A stretch of 63,199 bases of DNA, counting the filler, from Octopus bimaculoides (taxonomy: Eukaryota): NCBI RefSeq assembly GCF_001194135.2. It is 6 parts of 6 records of this genome, joined end to end, with 100 filler letters (N's around TTAATTAATTAA, not from the genome) between each part and the next. Parts side by side here need not be neighbours in the genome. Positions count along the whole stretch, not along the records: positions 1 to 8,657 come from NC_068989.1; positions 8,758 to 14,879 come from NC_069007.1; 4 more parts are not named here. The stretch is one strand, 5' to 3'. Position 1 is the first letter of the stretch, and each line of letters begins with the position of its first letter. This document shows positions 1 through 13,545 of the stretch, piece after piece. A program made the translations under genes and the position numbers. Below the pieces are notes generated by a model. The model had not been told where the DNA came from. It saw only the letters and a list, made by a program, of their open reading frames with translations, and did not search any database.

Positions 1-714
1 TATGTTTGTATGTATATATAATAAGTTTGGGTATACACCGTATAATAAGCCGTTTAAAGCCCGTTCACTGTATTCAGTAAATCGAATGGATTCAAATGCC
101 AATGGATTTACTTCAGGAATTCCTTAATGTCCGTAGAGCCTATAAATTATGAAACAAAATGGAATTCACGAGACTCTTTATTATTCACTACGATCGTTTC
201 GACCCATCTAGCAACGGTACTTCGCGAGTGAGATGCTTTACAAACAGTTTTGGTGCATCATAGATGCAGATGCATCTCATCGGGAGACTTGTCAAATGGT
301 AGCTCCTTTTCTAATCTCCGTTTCGCTTATTTTGATTAGAATCCATTTTGGTAGCTGCAGTTCGCATCTCGTCTACACGATGGATGGATGGATGGATGGA
401 TGGATGGATGGATGGATGCATGGCTAGATGCATGGATGTATATGTATGCATGCATTATTGAATGCATCTGCGAATGCAAGTTCTATGTAGTATATTCCTA
501 TATGTGCGCGTGCATGTGTGTGTTCATGTGTGTGCATGTGTGTACATGTGTGTGTGTGTGTGCATTTCATTAAGAGCACCACTTAGTGAAATCGTTTAAC
601 ATATTTATATTTTAACATCCTCATCACACACACATATGTGTGTGTGTGTCTGGGCGTGTGTGTATGTGTGTGTGCCCGTGTGACGAAGATGTTCGCACTT
701 AAATACATACACAC

Positions 715-751
<37 letters not shown>

Positions 752-1287
752 NNNNNNNNNNNNNNNNNNNNNNNNNNNNNNNNNNNNNNNNNNNNNNNNN
801 NNNNNNNNNNNNNNNNNNNNNNNNNNNNNNNNNNNNNNNNNNNNNNNNNNNNNNNNNNNNNNNNNNNNNNNNNNNNNNNNNNNNNNNNNNNNNNNNNNNN
901 NNNNNNNNNNNNNNNNNNNNNNNNNNNNNNNNNNNNNNNNNNNNNNNNNNNNNNNNNNNNNNNNNNNNNNNNNNNNNNNNNNNNNNNNNNNNNNNNNNNN
1001 NNNNNNNNNNNNNNNNNNNNNNNNNNNNNNNNNNNNNNNNNNNNNNNNNNNNNNNNNNNNNNNNNNNNNNNNNNNNNNNNNNNNNNNNNNNNNNNNNNNN
1101 NNNNNNNNNNNNNNNNNNNNNNNNNNNNNNNNNNNNNNNNNNNNNNNNNNNNNNNNNNNNNNNNNNNNNNNNNNNNNNNNNNNNNNNNNNNNNNNNNNNN
1201 NNNNNNNNNNNNNNNNNNNNNNNNNNNNNNNNNNNNNNNNNNNNNNNNNNNNNNNNNNNNNNNNNNNNNNNNNNNNNNNNNNNNNNN

Positions 1288-1324
<37 letters not shown>

Positions 1325-2453
1325 TATGTAGTCGTACCTTGTAGACACCGTGTATACAACTTGTATAAAAACATGTACATGGCCTGATCGTAAAAAAGAC
1401 TTACAAATTAGTGAATCGAGTTTTGGTGTTCAATAGTGATTCACCGAGCTTTGATACGTTAAGTTTGAAGCAGCAATTAACTAAGCCTCCTTCTATCTTT
1501 CTTCCTTCCTTCCTTCCTTCCTTCCTTCCTCACTTTCATGCTTTCTATCTTAAGCATTCTCTTTCCTTTCACTCGGTCGTCTTAGTAACATTAAACGCCC
1601 CCTGGGCAAATCAAAAGCGCTCGGATGTATAGAATTATTTATTGACAGCAAGCCACATCATACGTAGATCAGAATTGGGCTCCTAGAACCGTGATATCCC
1701 CAGGCAAATGCCCTATGTTACTATGGTCTGAGACGTCGGTAACTTGCCTTCATTTTTTTCATCCTTTTCATCATTTTCCTTCATTTTTTCATTTTTTCAT
1801 TATCGCTCAGTCATTTTTTCTGCCATATTTGTCTGTATTTTCTGTCTCATCCTTGCCAAGCGCATACATTTATATATACACTAATTAATACGGGGTGACA
1901 GTGCTAAGCGGTGATGTGTATAAATACAAACTTGTCACCAATTCAAATATGCTCGAGGCGTATTCGTACCCGTAAGAAAATCATTCACTGTGTTAGGTGC
2001 AAATAGCTCACAGCGCCACCTGAAAAAACTGTGGGATGAATCTATTTCGGAGTGGTTATCTCCTCTTCAGCCACAGAAACAAGACAGGGTATCGCTGCGA
2101 GTTGACTCGAGAGATTGTGTCTCTCTTACGATCTCCTTGTCGTCGTTCAGTGACTGATTGCGCTACTCGGTGTCTCACCGTACATAAAAGTACGGGGCAA
2201 CAGCGTTAAGCTGTGATTTGTATAAGTACAAACGTGTTACCAGTTCAAATAGGCTTGAGGCATATTCGAACCCGAAAGCCTTTCATTGTGCTATGTCATG
2301 GGAGAAAATTTCTCCCACGACAGGAGAAAGAAGTAACAGGGTTGATTTATTCGACGAAAATCCCTCACAGTGTAGCTCCAGCATGGCCGCAGTCTAATGT
2401 CTGGAACAAGTAAAAAAAGACGAAGGAACATGTACACAGATATATACGCCTGT

Positions 2454-2612
2454 AGGCGCAGAAGTGGCTGTGTGGTAAGTAGCTTGCTTACCAACCACAT
2501 GGGGTTCAGTCCCACTGCGTGGCACCTTGGGCAAGTGTCTTCTACTATAGCCTCGGGCCCACCAAAGCCTTGTGAGTGGATTTGGTAGATGGAAACTGAA
2601 AGAAGCCTGTCG

Positions 2613-2663
<51 letters not shown>

Positions 2664-2885
2664 GTGTGTATGTGTTTGTGTGTCTGTGTTTGTCCCCCGC
2701 CCAGTATCGTTTGACAACCGATGCTGGTGTGTTTACGTCCCCGTAACTTAGTGGTTCGGCCAAATGAGACCGATAAAATAAGTACTAGGCTTACAAAGAA
2801 TAAGCTCTGGTGTCGACTTGCTCGACTATAAAGGCGGTGCTCCAGCATGGCCACAGTCAAATGACTGAAACAAGTAAAAGAGTAA
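2454..2885 (+). mobile_element. tRNA-derived SINE family A, full length with internal (TA/TG)n
   Basis: ggcgcag.agtggctgtgtggtaag...gggttcagtccc head (A/B box-like); 3' ...gctccagcatggccacagtcaaatgactgaaac. Partial copies at about 4245, 4480-4570, 5003-5140, 8365-8590, 41100-41350 and 50807-51090. Confidence 0.85.
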
Positions 2886-2926
2886 AAGAGAAAAGAGAGA
2901 GGTATGGGATAGAGGAAGAGAGAGAG

Positions 2927-3015
2927 GGAGGGAGGAGGAAGAGACGGGAGGGAGGAGGAAGAGACGGGAGGGAGGAGGAAGAGACGGGAGGGAGGAGGAA
3001 GAGACGGGAGGGAGA
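2927..3015. repeat. 20-bp purine minisatellite, about 4.5 units
   Basis: ggagggaggaggaagagacg repeated. Confidence 0.9.
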
Positions 3016-3346
3016 GATAGACAGATTGTGAGCGATATGGGTTAGGTTTAATGCCTTGTTCAGTACACAGTCTAATATCCATTAGAGAATACATTCTTAT
3101 AACTGGTATATATTATGGACGTATTGAATTCCAACGCAGTCGATCAGAGCTTTCTACCTTCAAACATACTTAAACATATATATCCATTGCAGACAGACAC
3201 ACACAATAGAAACTCGCATGTGTACGCACACACACACACACACACACACGCACACACACACACGAATAATATACGGTGAAATATATCAATGATTATCAAC
3301 TAATATTTATTTGTGACTTTACGTATGTATGCATGTGTGTGGCTGT

Positions 3347-3394
<48 letters not shown>

Positions 3395-4067
3395 ACGCAC
3401 ACCTATGCGTTTAAGTACAAACGTACGCGTGCTAGTGTATGCATGAAGGTATGTATATATGTATATATACATATACATATACTTGCACATACACAAAGAC
3501 ACATACATATACACACACATTCATACATATATACACACTCACACATACATACATACATACATACATACATACATACATACGTAAATACCATATACGCAGA
3601 CGACACAATATTTTTATGCATGCATGTATGTATGTATGTCCGTTTTTTGATAGCATTATTCTCTGGTTGCCATAGAGATATTCTTATCAATATGTCGTAT
3701 GTCGTGATGTTGTTGGTAACGATCTATAGGTTTGTCCAAAGCCTCAGACCGCTGACCATTATTTCTGCTGACCTCTCACCTTGTAAAGGTCAGTGGCAAA
3801 TCTACTGAGGCTATCATCCGACATCTAATATTTACGACGACACAAAGTCTCTGACTCCCCCACCGACTGCTTCGGCATTCTACCCTCCTGCCCTCTACAC
3901 TCTTGTACCAAAAATACATTGCACTATAGTATACCATAATGCCCTGAGTTCCGGTTTCGAATGCTGTTCTTCTTTCTTCTTCAGTGACCGGCTGTTCAAA
4001 ATTCGGTCCCTGACCGTAATTTTTTTCCTGGCTAATGTTGTTATCGCTGCTGTTGTTATTGCTAAGA

Positions 4068-4470
4068 TGGTGAGCTGGCAGAATTGTAACTGCGCCGGAC
4101 GAAATGCTTAAATAACCACTTTTTCCAGACTTGAAATCCCATCGCGGTCGACTTTACCTTTCATTCTTTCGGGGTCGATCAAATAAGTACCAGCTGCACA
4201 CACGGATCGTTGTAATCAACCACTCCTCCATAAAGTGTTAAGCGCAGGAGTGGCTGTGTGGTAAGAAGCATGCTTCCCATGAAGGCGACGAGCTGGCAGA
4301 AACGTTAGAACGCCGGGCGAAATGCTTAGCTGTATTTCGTCTGTTTTTACGTTCTGAGTTCAAATTCCGCCGAGGTCGACTTTGCCTTTCATCCTTTCGA
4401 GGTCGATAAATTAAGTACCAGTTACGCACTGGGATCGATGTAATCGACTTAATCTCTTTGTCTGTTCCGG
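4068..4470 (+). mobile_element. Two tRNA-derived SINE family B copies
   Basis: gagctggcagaa.cgttag..cgccgggcgaaatgcttagc...gttctgagttcaaattccgccgaggtcgactttgcc. Other copies at about 21375-21540(-), 34920-35110, 39150-39295(-), 39417-39600, 40226-40410, 40815-40960, 48270-48570, 54290-54490(-) and 63025-63120. Confidence 0.85.
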
Positions 4471-4583
4471 ATTCAGTCCCACTGAACCGGTATTTTGACG
4501 GGGACGTAAACAAACCAGCATCGGTTGTCAAGTGATGGTGGGCGGACAAACACAGACACAAATAACAAATACACACACACACA

Positions 4584-4615
<32 letters not shown>

Positions 4616-4639
4616 ACTGGAATTTACAAAAGAAAACAA

Positions 4640-4992
4640 ACAAAACAAAAGACGAAGACGAGTGTTTAAACAACGAATAGATGTATTAGTTTAACGCTCG
4701 GGAAGTGAGAAAGTCTTTTACGTTTCGAGCCTACGCTCTTCAACAGAAAGGAACACAGAAATAAACAGGGAGAGAAAATAAACGACAATAGGAAAAAGCA
4801 GAAAATACAAAAAAAGTTCAGAATAGTTCAAAATATTCAAACGTCGTGGTGTATTGGAGCGATTTCTCATCAAAGGAAGAGTCCAGTATAATCCATGTAT
4901 ATGTAGGAGAGAGGCAGAAAAACCAGGTGGAAGTATGAAGTATAGGAATCCGAAGTGTAGGAAGTTCGAAGTGTAGGAATCCGAAGTGTAGG
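4640..4992 (-). mobile_element. Probable Penelope-like 3' end (pseudo-LTR) with a 15-bp tandem repeat
   Basis: Minus strand reads ctgttgaagagcgtaggctcgaaacgtaaaagac, the hammerhead-like signature of PLE termini. About four copies of ccgaagtgtaggaat at 4940-4992. No coding match was found. Confidence 0.45.
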
Positions 4993-5587
4993 AGAGTATA
5001 CGACGGCTTCTTTCAGTTTCCGTCTCACAGGTCCACTCACAAGGCTTTGGTCAGCCCGAGGCTATAGTAGAAGACACCATGCAAAGGGACTGAACTCATG
5101 ACCATGTGATTGGGAAGCAAGCTTCTTACCACACAGACACGTGTTTCATACACACAAACACATACACACATATATACATATACTCATAGACATGCATCAT
5201 ATGCAAATATAAATTGTGTGTATAATCATTTTTATATACTCTGATTAGATGTAATTATTATACATGTGTATTACAATGTACGCGTACGTAAATATATCTG
5301 TCTGTATGTTTGTGTGCGCCGGTAATGTGTTCGTGTGTCTGCATATGTATGTGTATATGCGTGTGTGTGTGCGTGCGCTGGCGCGCGTGTGCGTGTGCGT
5401 GTATGCATGTCTGTGATATAAATGATGAAACAAAGGCTTAACATATTTATTGCTAAATTACTGACTGGTAGGGGTGGATATGGAAGTATACACCCCGATG
5501 TTGTTGTTGTTGTTGTGGTGGTGGTGGTGGTAGCTATGGTAGTGCTAGCGATTTCGTGATGATCTTTGCACAGTATTGCTTTTGTAT

Positions 5588-5711
5588 CATTATTATTATT
5601 ATTATTATTATTAGTAGTAGTAGTAGTAGTAATAGTAGTAGTAGTAGTAGCAGTAGTAGTAGTAGTAGTAGTAGCAGCAGTAGGAGTAGTTGTAGTAGTA
5701 GTAGTAGTAGC

Positions 5712-5743
<32 letters not shown>

Positions 5744-5744
5744 C

Positions 5745-5776
<32 letters not shown>

Positions 5777-5815
5777 CAGCAGCAGCAGCAGTAGCAGTGG
5801 TAGTAGTAGTAGCAG
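5588..5815. repeat. Compound trinucleotide microsatellite (ATT)n-(AGT/AGC)n
   Basis: Directly visible. A similar tract lies at 9290-9425. Confidence 0.95.
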
Positions 5816-6120
5816 TATTGGGGTTGCTGATGTCGTTGCGCCAGTAGTGGCTGCGGTGTGGTTGTAATGATCTTGTCTCAGTGTTGCTGTCAATGTTGTA
5901 GCTGTAATGGTGGTCACGTTTATGTTGCTGCTGTCAATGTTGCTGTGATGCTACTGTTGTAGTATCGTTGATCTTATTGCAGTGGTCTTGTATTGTTGCC
6001 GTGGCGGTGGTAGTACTGCTATTGTTGGTCATGTTGTTAATATAATGTTGTTGATGTTAATGTTGTCGTTGTTGGTGGTGGTGGTGGCGGTCGTCGTCGA
6101 ACGGTTTTTTTAAAACATTT

Positions 6121-6470
6121 AGCTTTCACTTGCTACAGTCATTTGACTGCGGCCATGCTGGAGCACCGCCTTCAGTCGAACAAATCGATCCCAGCACGTA
6201 TTCTTTGTAAGCCTAGTACCATGTCTCTTTAGCCGAACCGCTAAGTTACACACCAACATCGGTTGTCGAGCGATGGTGGGGAGGAACAAATACACACACA
6301 TATACAACAGGCTTCTTTCAGTTTCCGACTAACAAATCCACTCACAAGGCTTTGGTTGGCCTGAGGCCATAGTAGAAGACACTTGCCCAAGGTGCCACGT
6401 AGTGGGACTGAAACCGGAACCATGTGGTTGGAAAGCAAGCTTCTTACCATACAGCCACTCCTGCGCCTAT
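6121..6470 (-). mobile_element. SINE family A copy
   Basis: Reverse complement of the 2454-2885 sequence along its length. Confidence 0.85.
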
Positions 6471-7692
6471 ATATACGTATGACGTGTTTTTTCTCTCCCT
6501 ATTCTATCTTTTCTCTTTTCAAAGAAAATATTTCTCCCGGCGTTCACTATTTTCCTCTCATTCTGGTCTAACGACCTTCCATGTTTGTTTTCGTTTGGTT
6601 TTCTTGTATGCCTCCATTGTCATGTTTTTGTTCCCAACTTTGACCCTCCATAAATCCTAAATTCTATTTTAGAATTTATGGGAGCAACTGTCTTCGAAGA
6701 CTCATACTGTCCTTGAATGCTCGAAATGAGGAGTAGACAGACGGCAGCAGATTTGAAACGACGTGATTGTAGTAGAGCCAACTGTAATGGGGATAGTGTA
6801 TACGTGACTTGGGGGTGGGGTACAATAATGTTGTTATTGTTGTGGTTGCTGTTGTTTCTCTTTAGCCCCAGGCCAACCCTGATTGATCAGTCCTATGATT
6901 AGAGATCAAAGATCCGCCTGTGATCTTCCCCGTTTTTTTCCCTATTCGTGACCGTCGTTGGGGAATGTTATTCAATGCAATAATATCCTCATTACGATTA
7001 TTGCTCTCAACATCATCTCTACTATCACCACCACCACAACCGCCGCCACCACCACCACCGCCACCCTCCTCCTCCTCCTCCTCCTCCTCATCATCATCAT
7101 CATCNNNNNNNNNNNNNNNNNNNNNNNNNNNNNNNNNNNNNNNNNNNNNNNNNNNNNNNNNNNNNNNNNNNNNNNNNNNNNNNNNNNNNNNNNNNNNNNN
7201 NNNNNNNNNNNNNNNNNNNNNNNNNNNNNNNNNNNNNNNNNNNNNNNNNNNNNNNNNNNNNNNNNNNNNNNNNNNNNNNNNNNNNNNNNNNNNNNNNNNN
7301 NNNNNNNNNNNNNNNNNNNNNNNNNNNNNNNNNNNNNNNNNNNNNNNNNNNNNNNNNNNNNNNNNNNNNNNNNNNNNNNNNNNNNNNNNNNNNNNNNNNN
7401 NNNNNNNNNNNNNNNNNNNNNNNNNNNNNNNNNNNNNNNNNNNNNNNNNNNNNNNNNNNNNNNNNNNNNNNNNNNNNNNNNNNNNNNNNNNNNNNNNNNN
7501 NNNNNNNNNNNNNNNNNNNNNNNNNNNNNNNNNNNNNNNNNNNNNNNNNNNNNNNNNNNNNNNNNNNNNNNNNNNNNNNNNNNNNNNNNNNNNNNNNNNN
7601 NNNNNNNNNNNNNNNNNNNNNNNNNNNNNNNNNNNNNNNNNNNNNNNNNNNNNNNNNNNNNNNNNNNNNNNNNNNNNTCGTCGTCGTCGTCG

Positions 7693-7725
<33 letters not shown>

Positions 7726-8657
7726 CTCCCGGTGGTCTATGACGTAATACAGAGTAACTGTCACCTGATGCCATCGCAATGACATTTCAGAAAACGTTTT
7801 AATTTCCGCAGACATTTTAAACTCCCGAGAGGTAGTCACGGATGGGTGTACAGAGATACACAGTGTCCTCAGCGTATAGGTTGATAGGTGGAGACTATTA
7901 TGCGTTGTTGTTGTGGCTGTTGTTTAGCCCAGGTCAGCCCAGCTCAAGACACAATGATCAAACATGATCCAACCATGGCCACCCTGTATTTCAGTATACT
8001 CAGAACTACATTTTCCAATGTGTCCTTCATTTTTACAAGGTGTAATTTAACTGGTATCTCTAGCATTTCAAGTGACTGTATAGAAGCTCTCTTCATGTAC
8101 CTTTGTGATATGTGTATATACGTTTCTATGTTATGATAAGGAACCTGGCTGCTATTGCTGTTTAGCCCCAAGCTTGTCCTGATCCAGTAGACCCATGGTA
8201 AAATACATTCCAACTGCGTGTATCCCATACTTTGTTCAGGCATAGTGTACCTATGACTACATTATGTGATGTGCTTATAGAAGAGCATTGTAGTTCGCTT
8301 GAAGCATTGTAGTACAGAAGTGGAGATGAGATCTCTACAATAATCTAGTGTTTTGTGTGCGCGTGAGTATTTGTGTGTTTGTGTGTTTGTGTTTGTCCCC
8401 ACCACCATCATTTGACAACCGATGTTGGTGTGTTTACGTCCCCGTAGCTTAGCGGTTCTGCAAAAAAGAAACCGATAGAATAAGTACTAGGCGTAGAAAG
8501 AATAAGTTCCTGGGTCGATTTGTTCGACTAAAGGCGGTGCTCCAGTATGGCCGCTGTCAAATGACTGAAACAAATAAAAGAATAAAAGATTATATTTATA
8601 TTACACACACACACACACAATATGCATATGTGTATATGTGTGTGTGTGTGTGTGTTT

Positions 8658-8757
8658 NNNNNNNNNNNNNNNNNNNNNNNNNNNNNNNNNNNNNNNNNNN
8701 NTTAATTAATTAANNNNNNNNNNNNNNNNNNNNNNNNNNNNNNNNNNNNNNNNNNNN
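8658..8757. other. Artificial scaffold linker 44N-TTAATTAATTAA-44N
   Basis: Exactly 100 bp; the 12-mer has stop codons in all six frames. Confidence 0.9.
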
Positions 8758-8859
8758 TATATATATATTATTAGGGATAAAAATCCAAATTTACAGGTAA
8801 AAACTCAATTAAATTCAATTTATTAAAAATTAAAATTAAATTAAGTTTTACAGTATAAA

Positions 8860-8908
<49 letters not shown>

Positions 8909-10964
8909 GTATATGTTTATAAATGTATAAGAACTTTTAAATAAGTTCTCCAGCGATAATGGTGCTTACATACCGAAGGGCTTGGTAAAAATTATTAATT
9001 GTTGATTTATTAATAAATTAATAAATTGATAAACCTTTACCCTTTTAATTTGTAATATATATATGTATGTATGTATGTATGTATATGCATATATGTACAC
9101 ATATGTGTGTGTGTGTGTGTGTGTAGAGGGGAAAGAGAGAGAAATAAATAAACAATACATAGACAGATCAATCAATAGATATTTGCTTGTACACACACAC
9201 ACATACATATGCATACACTCAGGTAGAACTTACCTGTCAGAGGTAAAAGAAATACAGGTGTCTTCTCTGAAACCACTGGCATTGATATTAGTGGCAGTGG
9301 TGGTTGTGATAGTAGTAGTAGTAGTAGTGGTGGTGGTGGTGGTAATAGTAGTAGTAGTAGTGGTGGTGGTAGCATTAGTGGTGGTGGTCGTCATCGTAGT
9401 AGTAGTAATAGTAGTAGTAGTGGCAGTTGTGGTTGGTATTGACAGTAACAGTAGTAGGCATTGGAAGTGTTGGGGGTGGTGCTGGCTGTGTTGGGGGTGN
9501 NNNNNNNNNNNNNNNNNNNNNNNNNNNNNNNNNNNNNNNNNNNNNNNNNNNNNNNNNNNNNNNNNNNNNNNNNNNNNNNNNNNNNNNNNNNNNNNNNNNN
9601 NNNNNNNNNNNNNNNNNNNNNNNNNNNNNNNNNNNNNNNNNNNNNNNNNNNNNNNNNNNNNNNNNNNNNNNNNNNNNNNNNNNNNNNNNNNNNNNNNNNN
9701 NNNNNNNNNNNNNNNNNNNNNNNNNNNNNNNNNNNNNNNNNNNNNNNNNNNNNNNNNNNNNNNNNNNNNNNNNNNNNNNNNNNNNNNNNNNNNNNNNNNN
9801 NNNNNNNNNNNNNNNNNNNNNNNNNNNNNNNNNNNNNNNNNNNNNNNNNNNNNNNNNNNNNNNNNNNNNNNNNNNNNNNNNNNNNNNNNNNNNNNNNNNN
9901 NNNNNNNNNNNNNNNNNNNNNNNNNNNNNNNNNNNNNNNNNNNNNNNNNNNNNNNNNNNNNNNNNNNNNNNNNNNNNNNNNNNNNNNNNNNNNNNNNNNN
10001 NNNNNGGCAGTGTTGGGTGGTGGTGCTGGTAGTGTTGTGGGGTGGTGCTGGTAGTGTTGGGGGTAGTACTTTCATAAAATGCAAAGCAGATCAACAAATG
10101 AAATGATACTAAGATGTCTGTATGTCCTCGGAGTTATGTGGAGACTATGAAGTGGAGGTTGTTTCATGTGAAATACATGTGGGGACAGTATGAAATCTAT
10201 GCAAGTGTGTTATGCTACATGGCAGTGAGACATGCAGTAATAAATATATGCGTAGACAATGAAAGGCTGACTTTGTTCATCGATTGGTGATTATTCGAAA
10301 CCATGACTTTGCTCATTCAATACATGTGATTGAATGAGCAATCACATGTAGCAACCACACGTGGGGCACATGTAGTTTGTAGCTTCAGTTAGAGTACCTT
10401 CTGATCAAGCCTTGCCAAGCTCACATTGAGTTTCTGCTACCTGACTTGTGTGAAGATTGTACACCTTTGGCTGGTAAGGATGCACCGCAGGGGTCTGTTC
10501 TGGGCAAGTTGTTTCTAGAATTCTCTGCCAATTTTCAATGTTAATTTCATGCAATTTATGCAGCACTTCATTCAGTTGCCTGATTGTTATTTTCTCCCTT
10601 TTTCCCTTCGTATTTGATAACCTTATCTTTAATTCCCTTCCCTTTATGTTCAAACCATTTGCTGCTGTGTGGAAATATTCAGAGTAACTCTGCAGACAAA
10701 TTGCAAAGCACTTGAGTCCAACAAAACCATTTTCAGTCCTTAACATAAATCTGTGTAACCAAACCAAAGAAAATTGCGATCTACAGCATATATCTTACTG
10801 AGTTCTGTTCCACCCACATGAAACAATAAAACTTTTCACACACCCTAAACCCAACAAACCAAACTACATCTCATCTCATCCTCACATTTCCCCTTTTTCA
10901 TACACTATGCTTATGCTTATTTCTCCCTCCCTAATCCTGTCCTTGTGGAGGCGCAATGGCCAAG

Positions 10965-11320
10965 TGGGTAAGGCAGCGGACTCGCGGTTTCGATTCCCAG
11001 ACCGGGCGTTGTGAGTGTTTATTGAGCGAAAACACCTAAAGTTCCACGAGGCTCCGGCAGGGGATGGTGGCAAACCCTGCTGTACTCTTTCACCACAACT
11101 TTCTCTCACTCTTACTTCCTGTTTCTGTTATGCCTGTAATTCAAAGGGGTCAGCCTTGTCACACTCTGTGTCACGCTGAATATCTCCGAGAATCTATGTT
11201 AAGGGTACACGTGTCTGTGGAGTGCTCAGCTACCTGCACGTTGATTTCACGAGCAGGCTGTTCTGTTGATCGGATCGACTGGAACCCTCGACGTCGTGAC
11301 AGAGTGCCAACAACAACAAC
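10965..11320 (+). mobile_element. tRNA-derived SINE family C, full length with (CAA)n tail
   Basis: ggcgcaatggccaagtgg A-box, ggtttcgattccc B-box, 3' gagtgccaacaacaacaac. Other copies at about 33820-34085(-), 48985-49265, 54720-55025 and 60805-60990(-). Confidence 0.85.
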
Positions 11321-12265
11321 AATCCTGTCCTCACTGCCCTGCTTCACTGTATTATTGCTATCCTGTTGTCCCCCCACCCCCTCCATATACCCAGGAGTCC
11401 CAAAGTCACTTTATTCTCCAACCCTACACTCTTTGCTACACCCTACTCATGCACCTTTGGCAATACCCTACCATTTATATTCCGATCCTTGTTCCTTGTG
11501 AGTGTTCCCTGGCACTTCACCGCCATCTCTCTCCCTTGCTCTTCCATCTGACTGGTTAACCATGTACCTCCTCTACAGCAAGACACCTGGAAGTTTACCA
11601 TATTGGTGAAAGTATTGGGGGGTCAACCATATTGGAGGATGTTGTAGAGATTCATTTTCGTGATGAATATTTACCAGACTGCTGGAGGTATTGGGGGTCA
11701 ACCATATTGGAGAATGCTGTAAAGATCCAGTTTTGAGTCGGAGGTTGATCATATTAGTTAAAGTACCATATTAGAGGGTGCTATGGTGATCCATCGCTGT
11801 ACTGAAAGCTTATCATATTGGTGGAGGGCCTTTATATCCAAAGACCCATCAACAACAAGGCATCTATTTCTGACCTAAAACATCAAATACAAACCACACC
11901 AGAATGTTTCCTGTACCAATTCTTGTACTCCAAGACATCTCATACTCCAGTGCATCAAATATTTTCCATCACATCGTACTTAAGATCCGGTGGGACTCAT
12001 AAAAATGTGATAACCAGGTGATGCTCACGGCCAGGAAGTTCTTTTGAATCCTGCGTTGTATCACCAGGGCAGCTCTGTATGATCATGCTAAACACTGAAA
12101 GCCGATGAAAAAGGTAGCACAACAATAAACAAAAACAAGAGGTTGTGAGTTCTAAACCCTTATGGGTATAATATATTTACTTCCTCTTTGCATTCACATT
12201 GTAACTATACATTCTTCACAAATGTAATACATTTATATACATATATCTATATCTATATATATATG

Positions 12266-12332
<67 letters not shown>

Positions 12333-13494
12333 NNNNNNNNNNNNNNNNNNNNNNNNNNNNNNNNNNNNNNNNNNNNNNNNNNNNNNNNNNNNNNNNNNNN
12401 NNNNNNNNNNNNNNNNNNNNNNNNNNNNNNNNNNNNNNNNNNNNNNNNNNNNNNNNNNNNNNNNNNNNNNNNNNNNNNNNNNNNNNNNNNNNNNNNNNNN
12501 NNNNNNNNNNNNNNNNNNNNNNNNNNNNNNNNNNNNNNNNNNNNNNNNNNNNNNNNNNNNNNNNNNNNNNNNNNNNNNNNNNNNNNNNNNNNNNNNNNNN
12601 NNNNNNNNNNNNNNNNNNNNNNNNNNNNNNNNNNNNNNNNNNNNNNNNNNNNNNNNNNNNNNNNNNNNNNNNNNNNNNNNNNNNNNNNNNNNNNNNNNNN
12701 NNNNNNNNNNNNNNNNNNNNNNNNNNNNNNNNNNNNNNNNNNNNNNNNNNNNNNNNNNNNNNNNNNNNNNNNNNNNNNNNNNNNNNNNNNNNNNNNNNNN
12801 NNNNNNNNNNNNNNNNNNNNNNATATGTATATTTATCTGGGAGTTCCAGGTTTGTTATTACATACACACAGAGGAAATAACAGTGTCATCAAAGATGAAA
12901 TCCCAGAATAATAATTAAAAGAATAAAAAAATAAATAGAAAGAAAGAATCTGGAAAAAAAAAAACAACAAAAAAAAACAATCTGTTGAGCCCCAACATGT
13001 ACCTTGTTGTTGTTGTTGTTATTGTTGTTGCTGTTATAAAAGGCCATTATAAAACAAGATATACATATATTTCCTGTGTGTATACATATATATATATACA
13101 GATATGTGTGTGTATGTGTGAAAGCAGGTGTGCATGAATGCACACATATATGTATATAGATACGTGTGGTTTTGTGTGAATGTATATATATATGTGTGTG
13201 AGTGCATGTGTGTGTGCGTGCGTGTAAACACATATTGTACATGTATGCATTTGTATGCGTGTACACAAGTATGTTTGTGTTTCAGTGTGTATATATATAC
13301 TTGTACATATATATATTTTTATATTTATGTATATACATATATACACAAACGCATAAAAACGAAATACATTTGAACACTGGTTATACATATTCTTTCCTAG
13401 AATATTTATGCTGTGAAGGTTTAATAAAACGCAGTTGAGAAGTGTGTGCATACATACATGTGTATGTTATATGAGTGAGCAGTGTGTGTGTATG

Positions 13495-13545
<51 letters not shown>

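Noticed and set aside
2454-11040. SINE heads as tRNA genes
   Set aside because: They have A/B-box-like motifs but no complete cloverleaf and continue into SINE bodies.
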